A DNA stretch of 64,000 bases from Coprococcus eutactus (lineage in GTDB: Bacteria; Bacteroidota; Bacteroidia; Bacteroidales; UBA932). The stretch is from positions 7,466-71,465 of the forward strand of contig CAVEIF010000001.1 of NCBI GenBank assembly GCA_963615835.1, read 5' to 3'. The notes beneath the pieces are model-generated. The model did no database searches, had not been told where the DNA came from, and worked only from the letters and a program-made list of their open reading frames with translations. Below, in pieces: positions 36,661 to 47,403 of this stretch; the stretch's first letter is position 1, and every line of letters begins with the position of its first letter. Position numbers and translations under genes: made by a program.

Positions 36661-38202
36661 TTAAAGTGGATTCTGGTCCTCTTCGTTGATGTTGGGGTTA
36701 TTGTTGATCTCGTCCTGTGGAATGGTGAGAACCCAGTCGTATGTCTCCGGATTGCGCAGATTTACATTGGCCATCGTCGTGAGGCATTCATCCGCAAACC
36801 CGTCATCCGCACTTCTGTCTATGCCTTGTCCGAGTCTGCGTACATCCACGAGCCGTCCGAATTCTCCCCAAAGTTCGATTCTCTTCTGCACGAGGATTTC
36901 TTCGAGCAGTGATTCCGTCCAGGAATTGGTCGTGGAACCGAGAATGAGCCCGTCCTTGTAGGATACGTCGTAACCCGCACAGCGTGAAGACATCACTTCG
37001 TTGAGGTATTTGACGGCCTTGTCCCTGTCTCCGAGGCGGAGAGCAGCTTCAGCGGCATCGAAATACATTTCCTCCACTCTCATGTAGATGTAGTCTCCAA
37101 GCCAGGCGGATACGTTGGAGAAATGGAATTTATCGGACACGTAAGGAGATTCCTTGTCGTCCGGTTTCCACCATGCTCGCCGTATGTCGTTATCCTGCAT
37201 CTTCTTATAGAGGGATTTGCTTATGAGTTTAGGCGCTGACTGAGCATAGGCTCCGTCTTCATTGTCCATGTGGGTGAAGAAACCGGCGTAAGCTCCGGAC
37301 TGTTCCGTGGTCTCTATGCCCGCTCCCCACATTACGTTGGCGGCGGTGATGTCGTTCATCCCGTTCATCAGTTCCGTTTCGCCACCTATCTTGTATTCTT
37401 CACTTTTGATGATCTCCTCCGCATTGTCCAGGGCTGTCTGCCAATCTCCCGTCGCCAGCGCCACTCTGACCTTGAGAGCACGTGCCACGTTGAGCTTGAT
37501 ATGCGATTTGTTGCCAGCGAGGGAGGATTCCTGGCCTTTGCCGAGATAAACTATCGCCGAATCAAGGTCGTCATTTATCTGCTGGAACACGACTTTCAGG
37601 TTTTCACGCTTCTTTCCCACGAAATTCTTGTCCGTAGGCTCCGTATAAACGGGAACTCCCGGGTCCTGCCATCTGTATTTGTCCTGCAGAGCGCTGTATG
37701 GAGGCCGTGCGAACCAGTTGACGAGGTTGAAATAGGCCAATCCTCTTATGGCATAGGCGCTTCCGAATACATATGCCCTGTCCGTGGAACTGCCTGTCAT
37801 GAAATTCTTGGCCGAAAGGACCGTATTGACATTGGAAATCCAAGTGTAATTGGCATACCATACGTCGTAGGAGCGGAACGAATCCGATGTGTAGAAAGAC
37901 TTTACGTTATAGCAATGGTCGAACCAGAACCATCCGTTTCCCTGGCTCTGCATGATGAAGTCATCGCCCATGCATTCAAGTGCCAGGTTATATGCGGATA
38001 TGCCGAAGCACTGGTGGGAGTTGCCTCCGGTGGACCATCCGGCGGTCCACATGGTCCTGTAAACACCGTCTATTATGGAGATGGCGCTCCCCGCGTCTTT
38101 TATAAGTTCGTCGCCCGAGCCCGAATCGGTCGGAGAGAATTCAAGATCGCAAGATGCGGCACACAAGGCCGCTGAAAGGATTAATATAAACTTTTTCTTC
38201 AT
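36661..38202 (-). CDS. SusD/RagB family nutrient-binding lipoprotein
   Basis: Lipobox AASC, 'AYAIRG.AYF.LV', 'YMRVEEMY..AAEA', 'RIELWGE.GR..D.RR', 'IPQ.EIN.NP', terminal QNP. Confidence 0.95.
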   Translation of the reverse strand: MKKKFILILSAALCAASCDLEFSPTDSGSGDELIKDAGSAISIIDGVYRTMWTAGWSTGGNSHQCFGISAYNLALECMGDDFIMQSQGNGWFWFDHCYNVKSFYTSDSFRSYDVWYANYTWISNVNTVLSAKNFMTGSSTDRAYVFGSAYAIRGLAYFNLVNWFARPPYSALQDKYRWQDPGVPVYTEPTDKNFVGKKRENLKVVFQQINDDLDSAIVYLGKGQESSLAGNKSHIKLNVARALKVRVALATGDWQTALDNAEEIIKSEEYKIGGETELMNGMNDITAANVMWGAGIETTEQSGAYAGFFTHMDNEDGAYAQSAPKLISKSLYKKMQDNDIRRAWWKPDDKESPYVSDKFHFSNVSAWLGDYIYMRVEEMYFDAAEAALRLGDRDKAVKYLNEVMSSRCAGYDVSYKDGLILGSTTNSWTESLLEEILVQKRIELWGEFGRLVDVRRLGQGIDRSADDGFADECLTTMANVNLRNPETYDWVLTIPQDEINNNPNINEEDQNPL

Positions 38203-38213
38203 TTTGCTTTTCC

Positions 38214-41200
38214 TTAAAAGTTTATGTCAAGGCCAAGGGCAAACACCTTTGAAGGTGAATATGAATAGGATACAGTTCCGGCGAAATTGTACTGCGGATC
38301 CATTCCGTCAAGATGGCTGAAAAGCGCTATGTTGTCGGCGGTGAAGAATACGCGAAGAGACTTGATTTGCGCTCTTGACAGCGCCTTGGAAGGTATCGTG
38401 TATCCGAGAGTTATGTTCTTTATCGCGAAATAGGACGCGTCGATGAGGTCTTCTCCCACGGAAGCATAGTTCCCTCCTATTTCCACCATAGGCACGTCGG
38501 TTATGTCCCCGCTTTTCTGCCAGCGGCGAAGTTTGTTGCGATGCCAGTTGTTACCCGCGTATGTTACGTTCATCGCACTCTGATAAAGTCCGTCGAGAAT
38601 TTTTCCGCCTACCGAGTAAGTCGTGAGGAACGAAAAGTCGAAGTTCTTGAAAACCACGAAGTTCGATGCGAAACTGCCGCTGAACAGCGCCTGGCGGCTG
38701 CCATAGTAGTATTTGCTGAGTGAAGCGAGTCCCACGTTGTCTGTCACGTATTCCGGACAGCGTTCCGTAACCAAGGCGCCGCTTTCATCCACGGCATACT
38801 GATAGTAGGCGTAGTAAAGCTGTTTTCCGGTCTCGGGAGATACTCCGGCGGATCTGGACATATAGAATGTGTATATAGGCTTGCCTACTTCTATGACCAT
38901 GCTTCCGTAGTTGATGACATCCTGTGTGGATGTCAGGGCTTTCACCTTGTTCCTGTTGAGGGAGAACATGGCGGTCGCATCCCAATGGAAGTTGTCTCTT
39001 TCCAGCAGGACTCCGCGGAATGTAGCCTCAAGCCCCTGATTCAGCATCGCGCCCACGTTGTCATCGTATCCCGTGAAACCTGAGGATATGGCCAGAGGGT
39101 TGTTCAAAAGCATGTCGCGGGTGTATCTGTTGTAATATTCTATGGTAGTGCTAAGTCTTCCTCCGAAAAGAGTGGCCTCTATACCGGTGTTGAGGTTGCC
39201 GTTCTTTTCCCACGTTACAAGCCTGTTTTCAAGTGATGTGGCTGTGGCTCCCGGACGGGTCCCGTTAGACCATCCATAGCTGAAAAGGCCTTGCCATGCG
39301 TAGTATGAGCCGAGGTTGTCGTTACCTTGGACGCCGTATGAAATCTTGGCGGTAAGGTTGTTGAGCCATGAAGAAGTTCCGGCCATAAAGTCCTCGTTCG
39401 ACACTCTCCACGAAGCGCCCACGGACCAGAAGTTGCCCCAGCGGTTATCCTTGTAGAAGCGTGACGATCCGTCCGTTCGCCACGAAGCGTCGAAGTAATA
39501 TTTGTCCGCGTAGCCGTAGTTGGCTCTCGCGAGAACGGATTCGATAGCGTAATTGCTTGAATATGAGTTGTTGCTTAGGGTCGTAACGGCAGAACCGAGT
39601 TCATCTATGCCGTCCACTATGCCGCTCTTCGAGCCGCTGGCGTAGTTATAGGTATAGCGGTAGTATTCGTGTCCGGCGAGCAGGTTCAGCGAATGCTCCC
39701 CGAAAGTTTTCTGCCAAGTCAGAAGTTCGTTCAGGGTATAGCTCAGTGTTCTGGAATTGGTCTTGGTAACGGAACCTCCCTGGCTTGCCGCGTTACCGTG
39801 ATATTTGTCGTTCACTCCCGTAGCCCCGTAGTCCGTGAAGTCCGTACCGAAGTTCACGGTAAAGTCAAGTCCATGGAGAGGGGAGTCTTTGCGAGTAGTG
39901 CCGAATTTGGCGAATGTTCTGGCAGACAGTGAATTGCGATTATAATACGCTTTGTTGTTATAAAGCTCGGCCTTGGAGTTGAATCCCTGTGCCGTGATAC
40001 GGTTCGCATAACCGTTGTCTGCTACGGAACCATATTCATATTGGAGGTTCCCGTTCTCGTCGAGGACATTGTTCCCTTCCATATCTTTCAGATAGACAGG
40101 ATAGACCGGAGCCATGAACTGCGCCGTGTACCACACGTTGGACACCTGTGAGCCGCTGGCATTCTGGAAGTCGGACACTGAATGGGCGAGATTGGCGCTC
40201 ATGCCGAGTTTGAACCAGTCCGTCGCCTGGACGTCTCCGCTTATTCTTCCCGTAATACGGTCGAAGTCCGTGTTCTGCAGGGTGCCGTTTTCTTTATAAT
40301 ATCCCAGGGAATACAGATAGCTGGTCTTTTCAGTTCCTCCGCTTACGGAAAGTATATGTTCTGTGCGGAAGGCCTTGTTGTTGCTTATCTCATCCATCCA
40401 GTTCTCGTCCCATGCCGCTTTCGCGTCGCTCTTTATCTTGCCTGTCTCGGAATCGATGAGCGTGTCCCAAGTGTAGTTCTTGTAAGGATTGTAATATTCA
40501 GGATTCTTGAGGCCTCCTATGGTCTCCGCGAGATGAGATGCTGCATAGGCGGCGGCGCTTTCGTCATCCATTCCTTTGGACTCCGAATAGCGTGCCGAGT
40601 TGAAAAGGGCTTCGTAGGTGAGTTCTATATAGTCCGACATTCCCACCAGATCATAGCGCGGAAGTGCGCGGGAAGCTATGCCGAAGTTACCTTTATAGTT
40701 GATGTTCACCCTGTCTGAACTTCCTTTCTTGGTGGTTATGACTATGACGCCGTTGGCACCTCTTGCTCCGTAAAGCGCTCCTGCGGAAGCGTCCTTAAGC
40801 ACGGTCATGGTCTCTATGTCGGCAGGGTTGATGGAACTGATGGCTCCGTCATAAGGCACGCCGTCCACTACATAAAGAGGTGAAGATGAGGCGTTTACCG
40901 AGCCCACGCCGCGCACCATTATGCTCGCTCCTTCTCCCGGCTGTCCGCCTCCGGAAGTTACCTGCACTCCGGCCACGGTTCCTTCAAAGGATTTGGTGAG
41001 GTTGCCCACGGGCCTTTTCTCAAGGTCGTTGCCTTTCACCACGCTTGCGGAACCGGTGAACGACTCTTTCTTGGCGGTACCATAGGCCACCACCATCACG
41101 TCGTCGAGCACCAGCGCTTCTTCCTGAAGCACGAAATCTATGGAACTCCTTCCTTCGACGCTCAGCTGCAATTCTTCGTAGCCGAGATTTATCGCCGTAA

Positions 41201-41417
41201 TTACGGCATCCACAGGCACATTGTCAAGTTTATATTGGCCGTCAAAGTCGGATACGGCTCTGTTGGTGGTCCCGTTTACGAATACGCCGGCGCCTATGAC
41301 GGGCAGCCCCTCCTTGTCGACGACTTTTCCCGTAACGGTTATCGTCTGTTGCGCCAATGCCGCGGAAGCGGTCATCAGAAGCGTCAGAACGGCAGTATAT
41401 AAAGATTTGATATTCAT
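38214..41417 (-). CDS. SusC/RagA family TonB-dependent transporter
   Basis: CarboxypepD-like N-domain, 'VVAYGTAKK', 'PLYVVDG', 'LKDASAGALYGARGANGVIVITTK', 'WEK', terminal F. Confidence 0.97.
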   Translation of the reverse strand: MNIKSLYTAVLTLLMTASAALAQQTITVTGKVVDKEGLPVIGAGVFVNGTTNRAVSDFDGQYKLDNVPVDAVITAINLGYEELQLSVEGRSSIDFVLQEEALVLDDVMVVAYGTAKKESFTGSASVVKGNDLEKRPVGNLTKSFEGTVAGVQVTSGGGQPGEGASIMVRGVGSVNASSSPLYVVDGVPYDGAISSINPADIETMTVLKDASAGALYGARGANGVIVITTKKGSSDRVNINYKGNFGIASRALPRYDLVGMSDYIELTYEALFNSARYSESKGMDDESAAAYAASHLAETIGGLKNPEYYNPYKNYTWDTLIDSETGKIKSDAKAAWDENWMDEISNNKAFRTEHILSVSGGTEKTSYLYSLGYYKENGTLQNTDFDRITGRISGDVQATDWFKLGMSANLAHSVSDFQNASGSQVSNVWYTAQFMAPVYPVYLKDMEGNNVLDENGNLQYEYGSVADNGYANRITAQGFNSKAELYNNKAYYNRNSLSARTFAKFGTTRKDSPLHGLDFTVNFGTDFTDYGATGVNDKYHGNAASQGGSVTKTNSRTLSYTLNELLTWQKTFGEHSLNLLAGHEYYRYTYNYASGSKSGIVDGIDELGSAVTTLSNNSYSSNYAIESVLARANYGYADKYYFDASWRTDGSSRFYKDNRWGNFWSVGASWRVSNEDFMAGTSSWLNNLTAKISYGVQGNDNLGSYYAWQGLFSYGWSNGTRPGATATSLENRLVTWEKNGNLNTGIEATLFGGRLSTTIEYYNRYTRDMLLNNPLAISSGFTGYDDNVGAMLNQGLEATFRGVLLERDNFHWDATAMFSLNRNKVKALTSTQDVINYGSMVIEVGKPIYTFYMSRSAGVSPETGKQLYYAYYQYAVDESGALVTERCPEYVTDNVGLASLSKYYYGSRQALFSGSFASNFVVFKNFDFSFLTTYSVGGKILDGLYQSAMNVTYAGNNWHRNKLRRWQKSGDITDVPMVEIGGNYASVGEDLIDASYFAIKNITLGYTIPSKALSRAQIKSLRVFFTADNIALFSHLDGMDPQYNFAGTVSYSYSPSKVFALGLDINF

Positions 41418-41420
41418 TTT

Positions 41421-43271
41421 CTAAAATTTATCTCCGATAATGGGGGTGTACGTGTCTATAAGTATTGGCGTGTAGAATTCGATGCGCCCTTCAGGTGCTG
41501 AAGCGCCCTTGGTGGATGTCTTCGAATTCGAAGCCGCAGTGGTGGCTACTGCGAAGCGCGTGGCCGTGGAGCCGCTGCGTTCAGTGAACGTGGCGAGCAG
41601 TATATAGTCCGTCCCCGCTTCAAGCGACGACCCGTCAGAGCCGAACGAGAGGGCCGATTTGCCTGTCGTGTTGATGATGTCTATGTTGGCCTGCGGCAGG
41701 TCAGTCCCCTTGGCGGCCACTATCTCCGCCGCCTTGTCCGTGGAGGTGCCGCTGAGTTCGGAAAGTGGGCAGAAGTAGTATCTGAGGCCTTTCAGCTGAA
41801 GGTTGAGGTCTCCTTCAGAAGCGGTGTATGCGAGGCTGAACACTCCCGTAAGCGAAGATGCGTCGTCTTCCGTCGTCCCGAGCGTTATCTGAACCCAGTC
41901 GTAATAGGACTCGGACGCTTTTGTAGGCAGGGAATTCACCGTAAAGGTGGTGTCATTGGCGGAATTGACGGCCAATGCTCCCAGGGTGTATGACGTGGAT
42001 GCGTTCAGAATGAATCTCGTCGAAAATCCTTTCTCTGAATTGACGCTGGAGAGTGACTTGGCATCGTCCAGCTGCGAGCCCTTGGCCAGAACATATTTGC
42101 GGAACAGCTGAGGGTCGTTGTTGAAATACAGATTGTACGATCTGGTGGAGGTCATAAGGTATTTGATCTCGGTTATGTCCTGTCCCTTCCAGCGGACCCA
42201 CATGCTGTTCGATGCGTTATATATACCTGTAGTATAGTGATATAGCGCCTGTATGAACCATGGTTCCCCTTCCACGTCGGGGATGGGTGCGGTGTCCTCG
42301 GCCAATGTCTTGGTCTCGAACTTGTACAGCGGGGTTGTGGCCTGACCGGATGTGTTCACTCCGAAGGCCACGATGTAGTAGCTCATCTCAGGATAAAGCG
42401 GGTATTCCGTGAAACTTGCCGTTCCGGTATAGGAGTATTGCTGAATTCCTGAAGATATGCTCATTCCTGCGGATTCAATGGCTGCAAGAAGTGAAGAGAG
42501 ATAATAGTCTCTGACCTGTGTGTCGGTACGTTTCTCGAAATATGATACAGGGACTCCGAAATACAGATACCTTACATCCGCTACTGCGAAGACGTTGAAT
42601 TTGGAATAATCAGACCCCGTCTCCACATGTGAAAGGATAATCTGAGGGATATCTTCTGATTCTGAACGTGTTGTGAAGTCCAATTTCGCGGTTTCGGATT
42701 CTTTCACGAATTCATCGTCTGAGAGCGCCTTAATCTCGAAAGTGTATTGTGTCTCCGCTTCGAACCCCCCGAGTTCCACGGAGCAGCTTTCCGTTTTTCC
42801 GCTGATGGAACCCACCTTGTATTCGTATTCGTCAGCTCCATAGACCGAGTTCCACTGGATAATGGTCTTGGACATATAGGATGCGACCAGAACAGGCTGC
42901 GGTGTGGACAAGGTGCTGTAATCTTCTGTAACTACGCGCAGAGTAACGAATTTGGACGCCGTATGGTTTCCGTTTGTCCCTGCATTGGCGCGCACTGCCA
43001 ATGTATATGACTGATTGGGAGACAGATTGTCGAAAACCAATTTGTTTTCTTCCGTTTCCGTTTCTTCTCCCGCATTGAACACGTAGGTGTAGGAGCCTGC
43101 ATCTGTAACATCTTTCCATGAAGCCTTGAAGGAAGTGCAGCTGATGTCGCTGATGACGACCTTCGGCTCCTGAAGCGCCGTGCTCAGATCTTTGTCAGCA
43201 TCCTCCACGCAAGCAGTTATGGCGGCCGCCGCTACGAAAACGGCAGCTGTTGATTTGATTATATTTTTCAT
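41421..43271 (-). CDS. Surface lipoprotein with tandem fibronectin type III-like domains
   Basis: Lipobox ITAC; 'ASWKDV.DAGSY..LSPNQSYTLAVRA' and 'QWNSV.GADEY..ETQYTFEIKA' FN3 patterns. Confidence 0.8.
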   Translation of the reverse strand: MKNIIKSTAAVFVAAAAITACVEDADKDLSTALQEPKVVISDISCTSFKASWKDVTDAGSYTYVFNAGEETETEENKLVFDNLSPNQSYTLAVRANAGTNGNHTASKFVTLRVVTEDYSTLSTPQPVLVASYMSKTIIQWNSVYGADEYEYKVGSISGKTESCSVELGGFEAETQYTFEIKALSDDEFVKESETAKLDFTTRSESEDIPQIILSHVETGSDYSKFNVFAVADVRYLYFGVPVSYFEKRTDTQVRDYYLSSLLAAIESAGMSISSGIQQYSYTGTASFTEYPLYPEMSYYIVAFGVNTSGQATTPLYKFETKTLAEDTAPIPDVEGEPWFIQALYHYTTGIYNASNSMWVRWKGQDITEIKYLMTSTRSYNLYFNNDPQLFRKYVLAKGSQLDDAKSLSSVNSEKGFSTRFILNASTSYTLGALAVNSANDTTFTVNSLPTKASESYYDWVQITLGTTEDDASSLTGVFSLAYTASEGDLNLQLKGLRYYFCPLSELSGTSTDKAAEIVAAKGTDLPQANIDIINTTGKSALSFGSDGSSLEAGTDYILLATFTERSGSTATRFAVATTAASNSKTSTKGASAPEGRIEFYTPILIDTYTPIIGDKF

Positions 43272-45169
43272 TTACTGACCGTTATTTCGAATTTTTTATA
43301 AAGTGCGTTGCCGTCGGAAACGGTTACCGTGGCTTTTCCGGTTTTTAGCGCCGTGAGCGAGAGAGTGTTATCTTCGAGTCCCGCTTCTATGACGGTCTCA
43401 TCGGACACGCTGTATGAGATGACCTGCATGGAAGGGAAGTAGGCGGTAAGATCCACCGCCACGCTTTCTCCGACTTTGAGGTCCCTGTCAGGCATGTCGG
43501 AGAGAAAGTTCATGTAGTTCAAAAGGTTGAAGGTGTCGAGCATTCCTACTCCCATGTTGCCTATATATGCGCTGCTCAGCGATGACTCGAATGGTCTTGC
43601 CGAACTTAGCAGAGCCGCACGGAGCTTGTCCGGCGTAAGTCCCTGTCTCTTGTCTTTACCGTAATAGTAGGACACTGCCAGGGCGCATGCTCCGCTCACG
43701 TGAGGGCAAGCCATGGAAGTTCCCTGTGCATATCCGTATGTGCTTTCTCCGTCAGGGCCTACCATGGTGCTGTAGATTCCTCCGTGGGTGCTGTCCACGT
43801 AGGTGTCTCCTCCCGGAGCGGATATGTCAATCCACGATCCGTAATTGGTATATATGGCGGCATCTCCTGTGTAAGAATATGATGCCACGCTGATTACGCT
43901 TTTGTCTGCGGCAGGGTAGGAGTCATAGCTTACGGCTTCGTTTCCTGCGGCGAAGATGATTATGCCGCCTTTCATCGGCCCCGTCTGCTCCCCGTTTTCA
44001 TCTACTCCGGCGTATTTGATGAAATAGTCCATGGCACGTCTCAGCGCTCCGTATGAACCTCTTGTCCATTTGTTCCAGCTGAGTTTGCTGTCATAGCCCC
44101 AGCTGTTCTGGCAGATCACCGCGCCGTTGTCCGCGGCATATTTCATGGCACGTACCGTACCGGCGAGTCCTGCTCCGGAATCTCCGCTGTCGCTGCCTCC
44201 AAGACACTGGAGAGTCATTATTTTTACTCCGTCGCCTTTTCCGGAACCTCCGGCTATGCCGTTGACGCCTATCCCGTTATTGTTCACCGCAGCTATGGTC
44301 CCGGCCACGTGAGTTCCGTGTGAAAGGGATGATGAGGTAACTATGGTGCCGTTATCGTTGTTATAGTTGTATCCATAGACGTCGTCTATGTAGCCGTTGT
44401 TGTCGTCATCTATCCCGTTGCCCGGAATCTCGCCGGTGTTTATCCACATATTGGCCGCAAGGTCCTCGTGATCGTATTTGACTCCCTGGTCTATGACGGC
44501 GACTATCACGTCAGGGTTGCCGGTTTCAAAGGCCCACGCAGCCCATACGTCCGCATCGGCGCCCGTAAGGCTCGTCCGTCCGAAAACCGCCCCGGGGTTA
44601 TTATAATGCCACTGCATCTGGCGGACCTCCTCGCTTTCGTTGAAAGGGAATGAGGCGTTCCGTGTTACCTGTCCTCCTTTAGTGGAGGCTGTCTTCCACG
44701 GAGTTACGGCGTAGGAGAAAGAATTGCTCTTTTCCGCGGTCGTTATCTGCAGGGGGTATTCGATGCACTCGACGCTGCTGCACCGTTTCAGCTTTTTGAC
44801 CATTTCAGCGGTCTCTATGGATTTGTCGAAATTCGCTATATACCAGCGGTCAAGCCCTTCTTCCCGTGTGCGGGCTTCGAATTTTCCACATTCAGGGAAG
44901 AGCCGCTGAAGTCTGAAGTGTCCTTCGCCTCCTATGACTTCCGCTATCTCATCGGTACCGGATGCCGCTCCCTGTGCGCTTCCGACGGATTTGGTGTTAG
45001 AGGCCTTCACCTGTATCAGGAGCTCTCCCTTTACGAAGCTGCCGCTGCCTTCATTAATGATGATGGGCCCTCCATTTTCGGCCTCTTCTTCCGCTGCTTC
45101 TTGTTTAGAACAGGCTACCGTCACGGCAAGCGCTGCCAGAATGAGCAGGTTAAGATTTTTCAACTTCAT
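43268..45169 (-). CDS. S8 family subtilisin-like serine protease, lipoprotein
   Basis: Lipobox TVAC; triad D (VIDQG), H (HGTHVAG), S (GTSMACP); oxyanion 'AAGN'; N-terminal prodomain; C-terminal Ig-like domain. Confidence 0.95.
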   Translation of the reverse strand: MKLKNLNLLILAALAVTVACSKQEAAEEEAENGGPIIINEGSGSFVKGELLIQVKASNTKSVGSAQGAASGTDEIAEVIGGEGHFRLQRLFPECGKFEARTREEGLDRWYIANFDKSIETAEMVKKLKRCSSVECIEYPLQITTAEKSNSFSYAVTPWKTASTKGGQVTRNASFPFNESEEVRQMQWHYNNPGAVFGRTSLTGADADVWAAWAFETGNPDVIVAVIDQGVKYDHEDLAANMWINTGEIPGNGIDDDNNGYIDDVYGYNYNNDNGTIVTSSSLSHGTHVAGTIAAVNNNGIGVNGIAGGSGKGDGVKIMTLQCLGGSDSGDSGAGLAGTVRAMKYAADNGAVICQNSWGYDSKLSWNKWTRGSYGALRRAMDYFIKYAGVDENGEQTGPMKGGIIIFAAGNEAVSYDSYPAADKSVISVASYSYTGDAAIYTNYGSWIDISAPGGDTYVDSTHGGIYSTMVGPDGESTYGYAQGTSMACPHVSGACALAVSYYYGKDKRQGLTPDKLRAALLSSARPFESSLSSAYIGNMGVGMLDTFNLLNYMNFLSDMPDRDLKVGESVAVDLTAYFPSMQVISYSVSDETVIEAGLEDNTLSLTALKTGKATVTVSDGNALYKKFEITVSK

Positions 45170-45174
45170 AAATA

Positions 45175-46260
45175 TCAATAAGTAAATTCAATATATGTCA
45201 CTTCTGTGGTAAGTCCTCCGTTTGTGGTGCTGTCGCTGTATCCTACGGCGAAGGCTACGTATTGCACCCCTCTGCTCAGTTCTTCCGATTCGAGGTCTAT
45301 CTGATACGTTCCGCTGTGTATCACCAGCTGATTGTACTGTGATACCGTGGAGATGTAAAGATGAGCCGCGTCGTCGGGATTGGTGAATTCTTCCCATGCG
45401 TCCTTGCTTAGGACATCGCACACATATCCGTCAGATGTGTCTGTCGTTATGGTAACGAAATCACCCTTCTGATTGATCCGGAGATTCATTTTGGACTGCG
45501 GAGCCGAAAGTGTTTTGAATGACGCCTTGTCTATGTTCCCGCTATAAGTCGCCGCGCCCGTTTTCTCATCGAAACTGAGGTCGAAAGCGGTTACGTAGTA
45601 GTCTGTCCTGTCAAATAATGAAGGCCGATTGTCCAAATTATCGGTATCCACCGGCCCTTTGCTGAGAAATGAGCTGAGTGTCGTGCCGGGATATGCGGCG
45701 ACCATTTCTTTTATCTGTTTTATTCTGGTCTCTATGTATGAGGTCGGCGTCAAGGCGTCGAAGTCGGCCTTTCTTACCACGTCATACAGATAAGTTTTGG
45801 CCGCATCTACCGGGGTTACTCTGAATCTTGCCGTAGTGGTGCCTATGTCGCTGACCAGAATCTCATAGTTGCTGTAAATCGGTTTCTCCTCCTTTTCGCG
45901 GCTTTGGCTTATTATGATTTTGAGAGGCTTTACTCCGCGGCATGTCATGGTGAGAGTAGCTTCTCTGTCTTCTTCGGTGTCATTGGCCTGCGCGGTATAG
46001 GAAAAAGTGGAGTTGAATACTTTTCCTATCTTGATCCATGGAGAATCCGAACTGACTTCCGCCACGTTCCCTTCTTTTGGGCCTGATATGCTGTAGTCGA
46101 TGTTGAATGTACCTCCGTCCTTATTTATGGTGATCAGTCTTTTCTCTACAGAGAATGTGGATGTAATCTCCTCTTCTTCAGAGACTTCTTTCTTGCAGGA
46201 AACCATCACGGCTGTCGCAGATAATGCAAGAATCAAAGGAAAAACACGATAAAGTTTCAT
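45175..46260 (-). CDS. BACON-domain surface lipoprotein
   Basis: Lipobox MVSC; 'SDSPWI...ANDTEEDREATLT...ISQ' BACON pattern then FN3-like modules. Confidence 0.8.
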   Translation of the reverse strand: MKLYRVFPLILALSATAVMVSCKKEVSEEEEITSTFSVEKRLITINKDGGTFNIDYSISGPKEGNVAEVSSDSPWIKIGKVFNSTFSYTAQANDTEEDREATLTMTCRGVKPLKIIISQSREKEEKPIYSNYEILVSDIGTTTARFRVTPVDAAKTYLYDVVRKADFDALTPTSYIETRIKQIKEMVAAYPGTTLSSFLSKGPVDTDNLDNRPSLFDRTDYYVTAFDLSFDEKTGAATYSGNIDKASFKTLSAPQSKMNLRINQKGDFVTITTDTSDGYVCDVLSKDAWEEFTNPDDAAHLYISTVSQYNQLVIHSGTYQIDLESEELSRGVQYVAFAVGYSDSTTNGGLTTEVTYIEFTY

Positions 46261-46277
46261 ATATGGTTTTGTGTGCT

Positions 46278-47393
46278 CTAATTACCGTCGTAGTGGAACA
46301 GAAGGTATGATATTCCGGTGGTCGTCTTTTCAAGAGAACTGTCGTAGCCGAAGACGAGAAGGACGTAATCTCCCTCGTCCGTAAGTCCTGTCGTTACTGT
46401 CTGTTCTCCCGTGTAAACGTAAGAAGGAGTATAGTCCTCCATATAAGCCTCCACGCAGGCTTCAGGGGTCATGTATGTCTCCCATAATGACGCACCCGTA
46501 AGGATTATGTAATACTCCGAAAATTTGTCGCGTGGCGTAACTTTCAAAGCGGACTTGTCTGTGCTCAGCGTAATCGCGAAATCGTCCGACGACGGCGTTA
46601 TGTCCTTGGTTTTAAAAGAAAAAGTCTCATAATTCTCGGCATATTCGCCTGAAAGGGACATTCCGAATGCGATGAGCACGAATTCGGTGTTCGGGGTGAA
46701 GCCTTTATATGTCTGTGCGCGGTAGCCTTTGTACAGGTAACCGCTGAGAGAGTAGGTGGTCCCGTACTTTTCGGCGTATTCCTTGGCCGCCGCCTTTATT
46801 TTCTCCACTCTGTCCGCCACGAATGCCGAAGCGTTTTCAAAAGAGTTATAGTCTTCCGCCTTAACGATGCAGTAATAGTAATAAGAATCGGCGTTCGGGG
46901 CTATGGTTATCAAGGCTGAAGTTTCCTTTATGTCTTCCACGTCCAGGGAAAGCGTCATATTCGAATTTACCTTGTAATCCGGATTTGCTTTCTGGAGCAC
47001 CGACACGCTTACGCTTTTCGCTCCTTTTAGGCTAAGTGTGATCTTCCCGGTGCGGTCATCGGCTGTCCGGTTGGCTGCACAGGTGAATGTTATCGTCTTG
47101 GTTTCGCCTTCAGAAGTCTCCGTGGATTTGGTCGTTTTTACACTGAGCCAATCCACATCCGCTTCGGCTATGGCTTCCTTGTCGAGAGCCGCGCCCGAAA
47201 CACGATAACTTATCTCCAAATCCTGCCCTTCGGCTTCTGCCGAGATAACTTTCTTGTTTTCAAGAATTATGGTGTATTTGGAGTCGTTTTCTCCTTCCGA
47301 AGGAGAATCTTTTTTACAAGCGGAAATTGTGGCCGCGGAAAGAACCGCAGCCACAATCGCCATAAAGTAATTTTTAATGAAATTCCTGTTCAT
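46278..47393 (-). CDS. BACON-domain surface lipoprotein
   Basis: Lipobox ISAC; 'DVDWLSV...ANRTADDRTGKIT...VLQ' BACON pattern; same architecture as the neighbouring gene. Confidence 0.8.
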   Translation of the reverse strand: MNRNFIKNYFMAIVAAVLSAATISACKKDSPSEGENDSKYTIILENKKVISAEAEGQDLEISYRVSGAALDKEAIAEADVDWLSVKTTKSTETSEGETKTITFTCAANRTADDRTGKITLSLKGAKSVSVSVLQKANPDYKVNSNMTLSLDVEDIKETSALITIAPNADSYYYYCIVKAEDYNSFENASAFVADRVEKIKAAAKEYAEKYGTTYSLSGYLYKGYRAQTYKGFTPNTEFVLIAFGMSLSGEYAENYETFSFKTKDITPSSDDFAITLSTDKSALKVTPRDKFSEYYIILTGASLWETYMTPEACVEAYMEDYTPSYVYTGEQTVTTGLTDEGDYVLLVFGYDSSLEKTTTGISYLLFHYDGN

Positions 47394-47403
47394 TCAGAAT
47401 TGA

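Noticed and set aside
44350..44440. AAC/GAC-rich stretch in the S8 gene as a DGR template repeat
   Set aside because: It encodes the common subtilase insertion 'GNGIDDDNNGYIDD..GYNY' and has no matching variable repeat in the window
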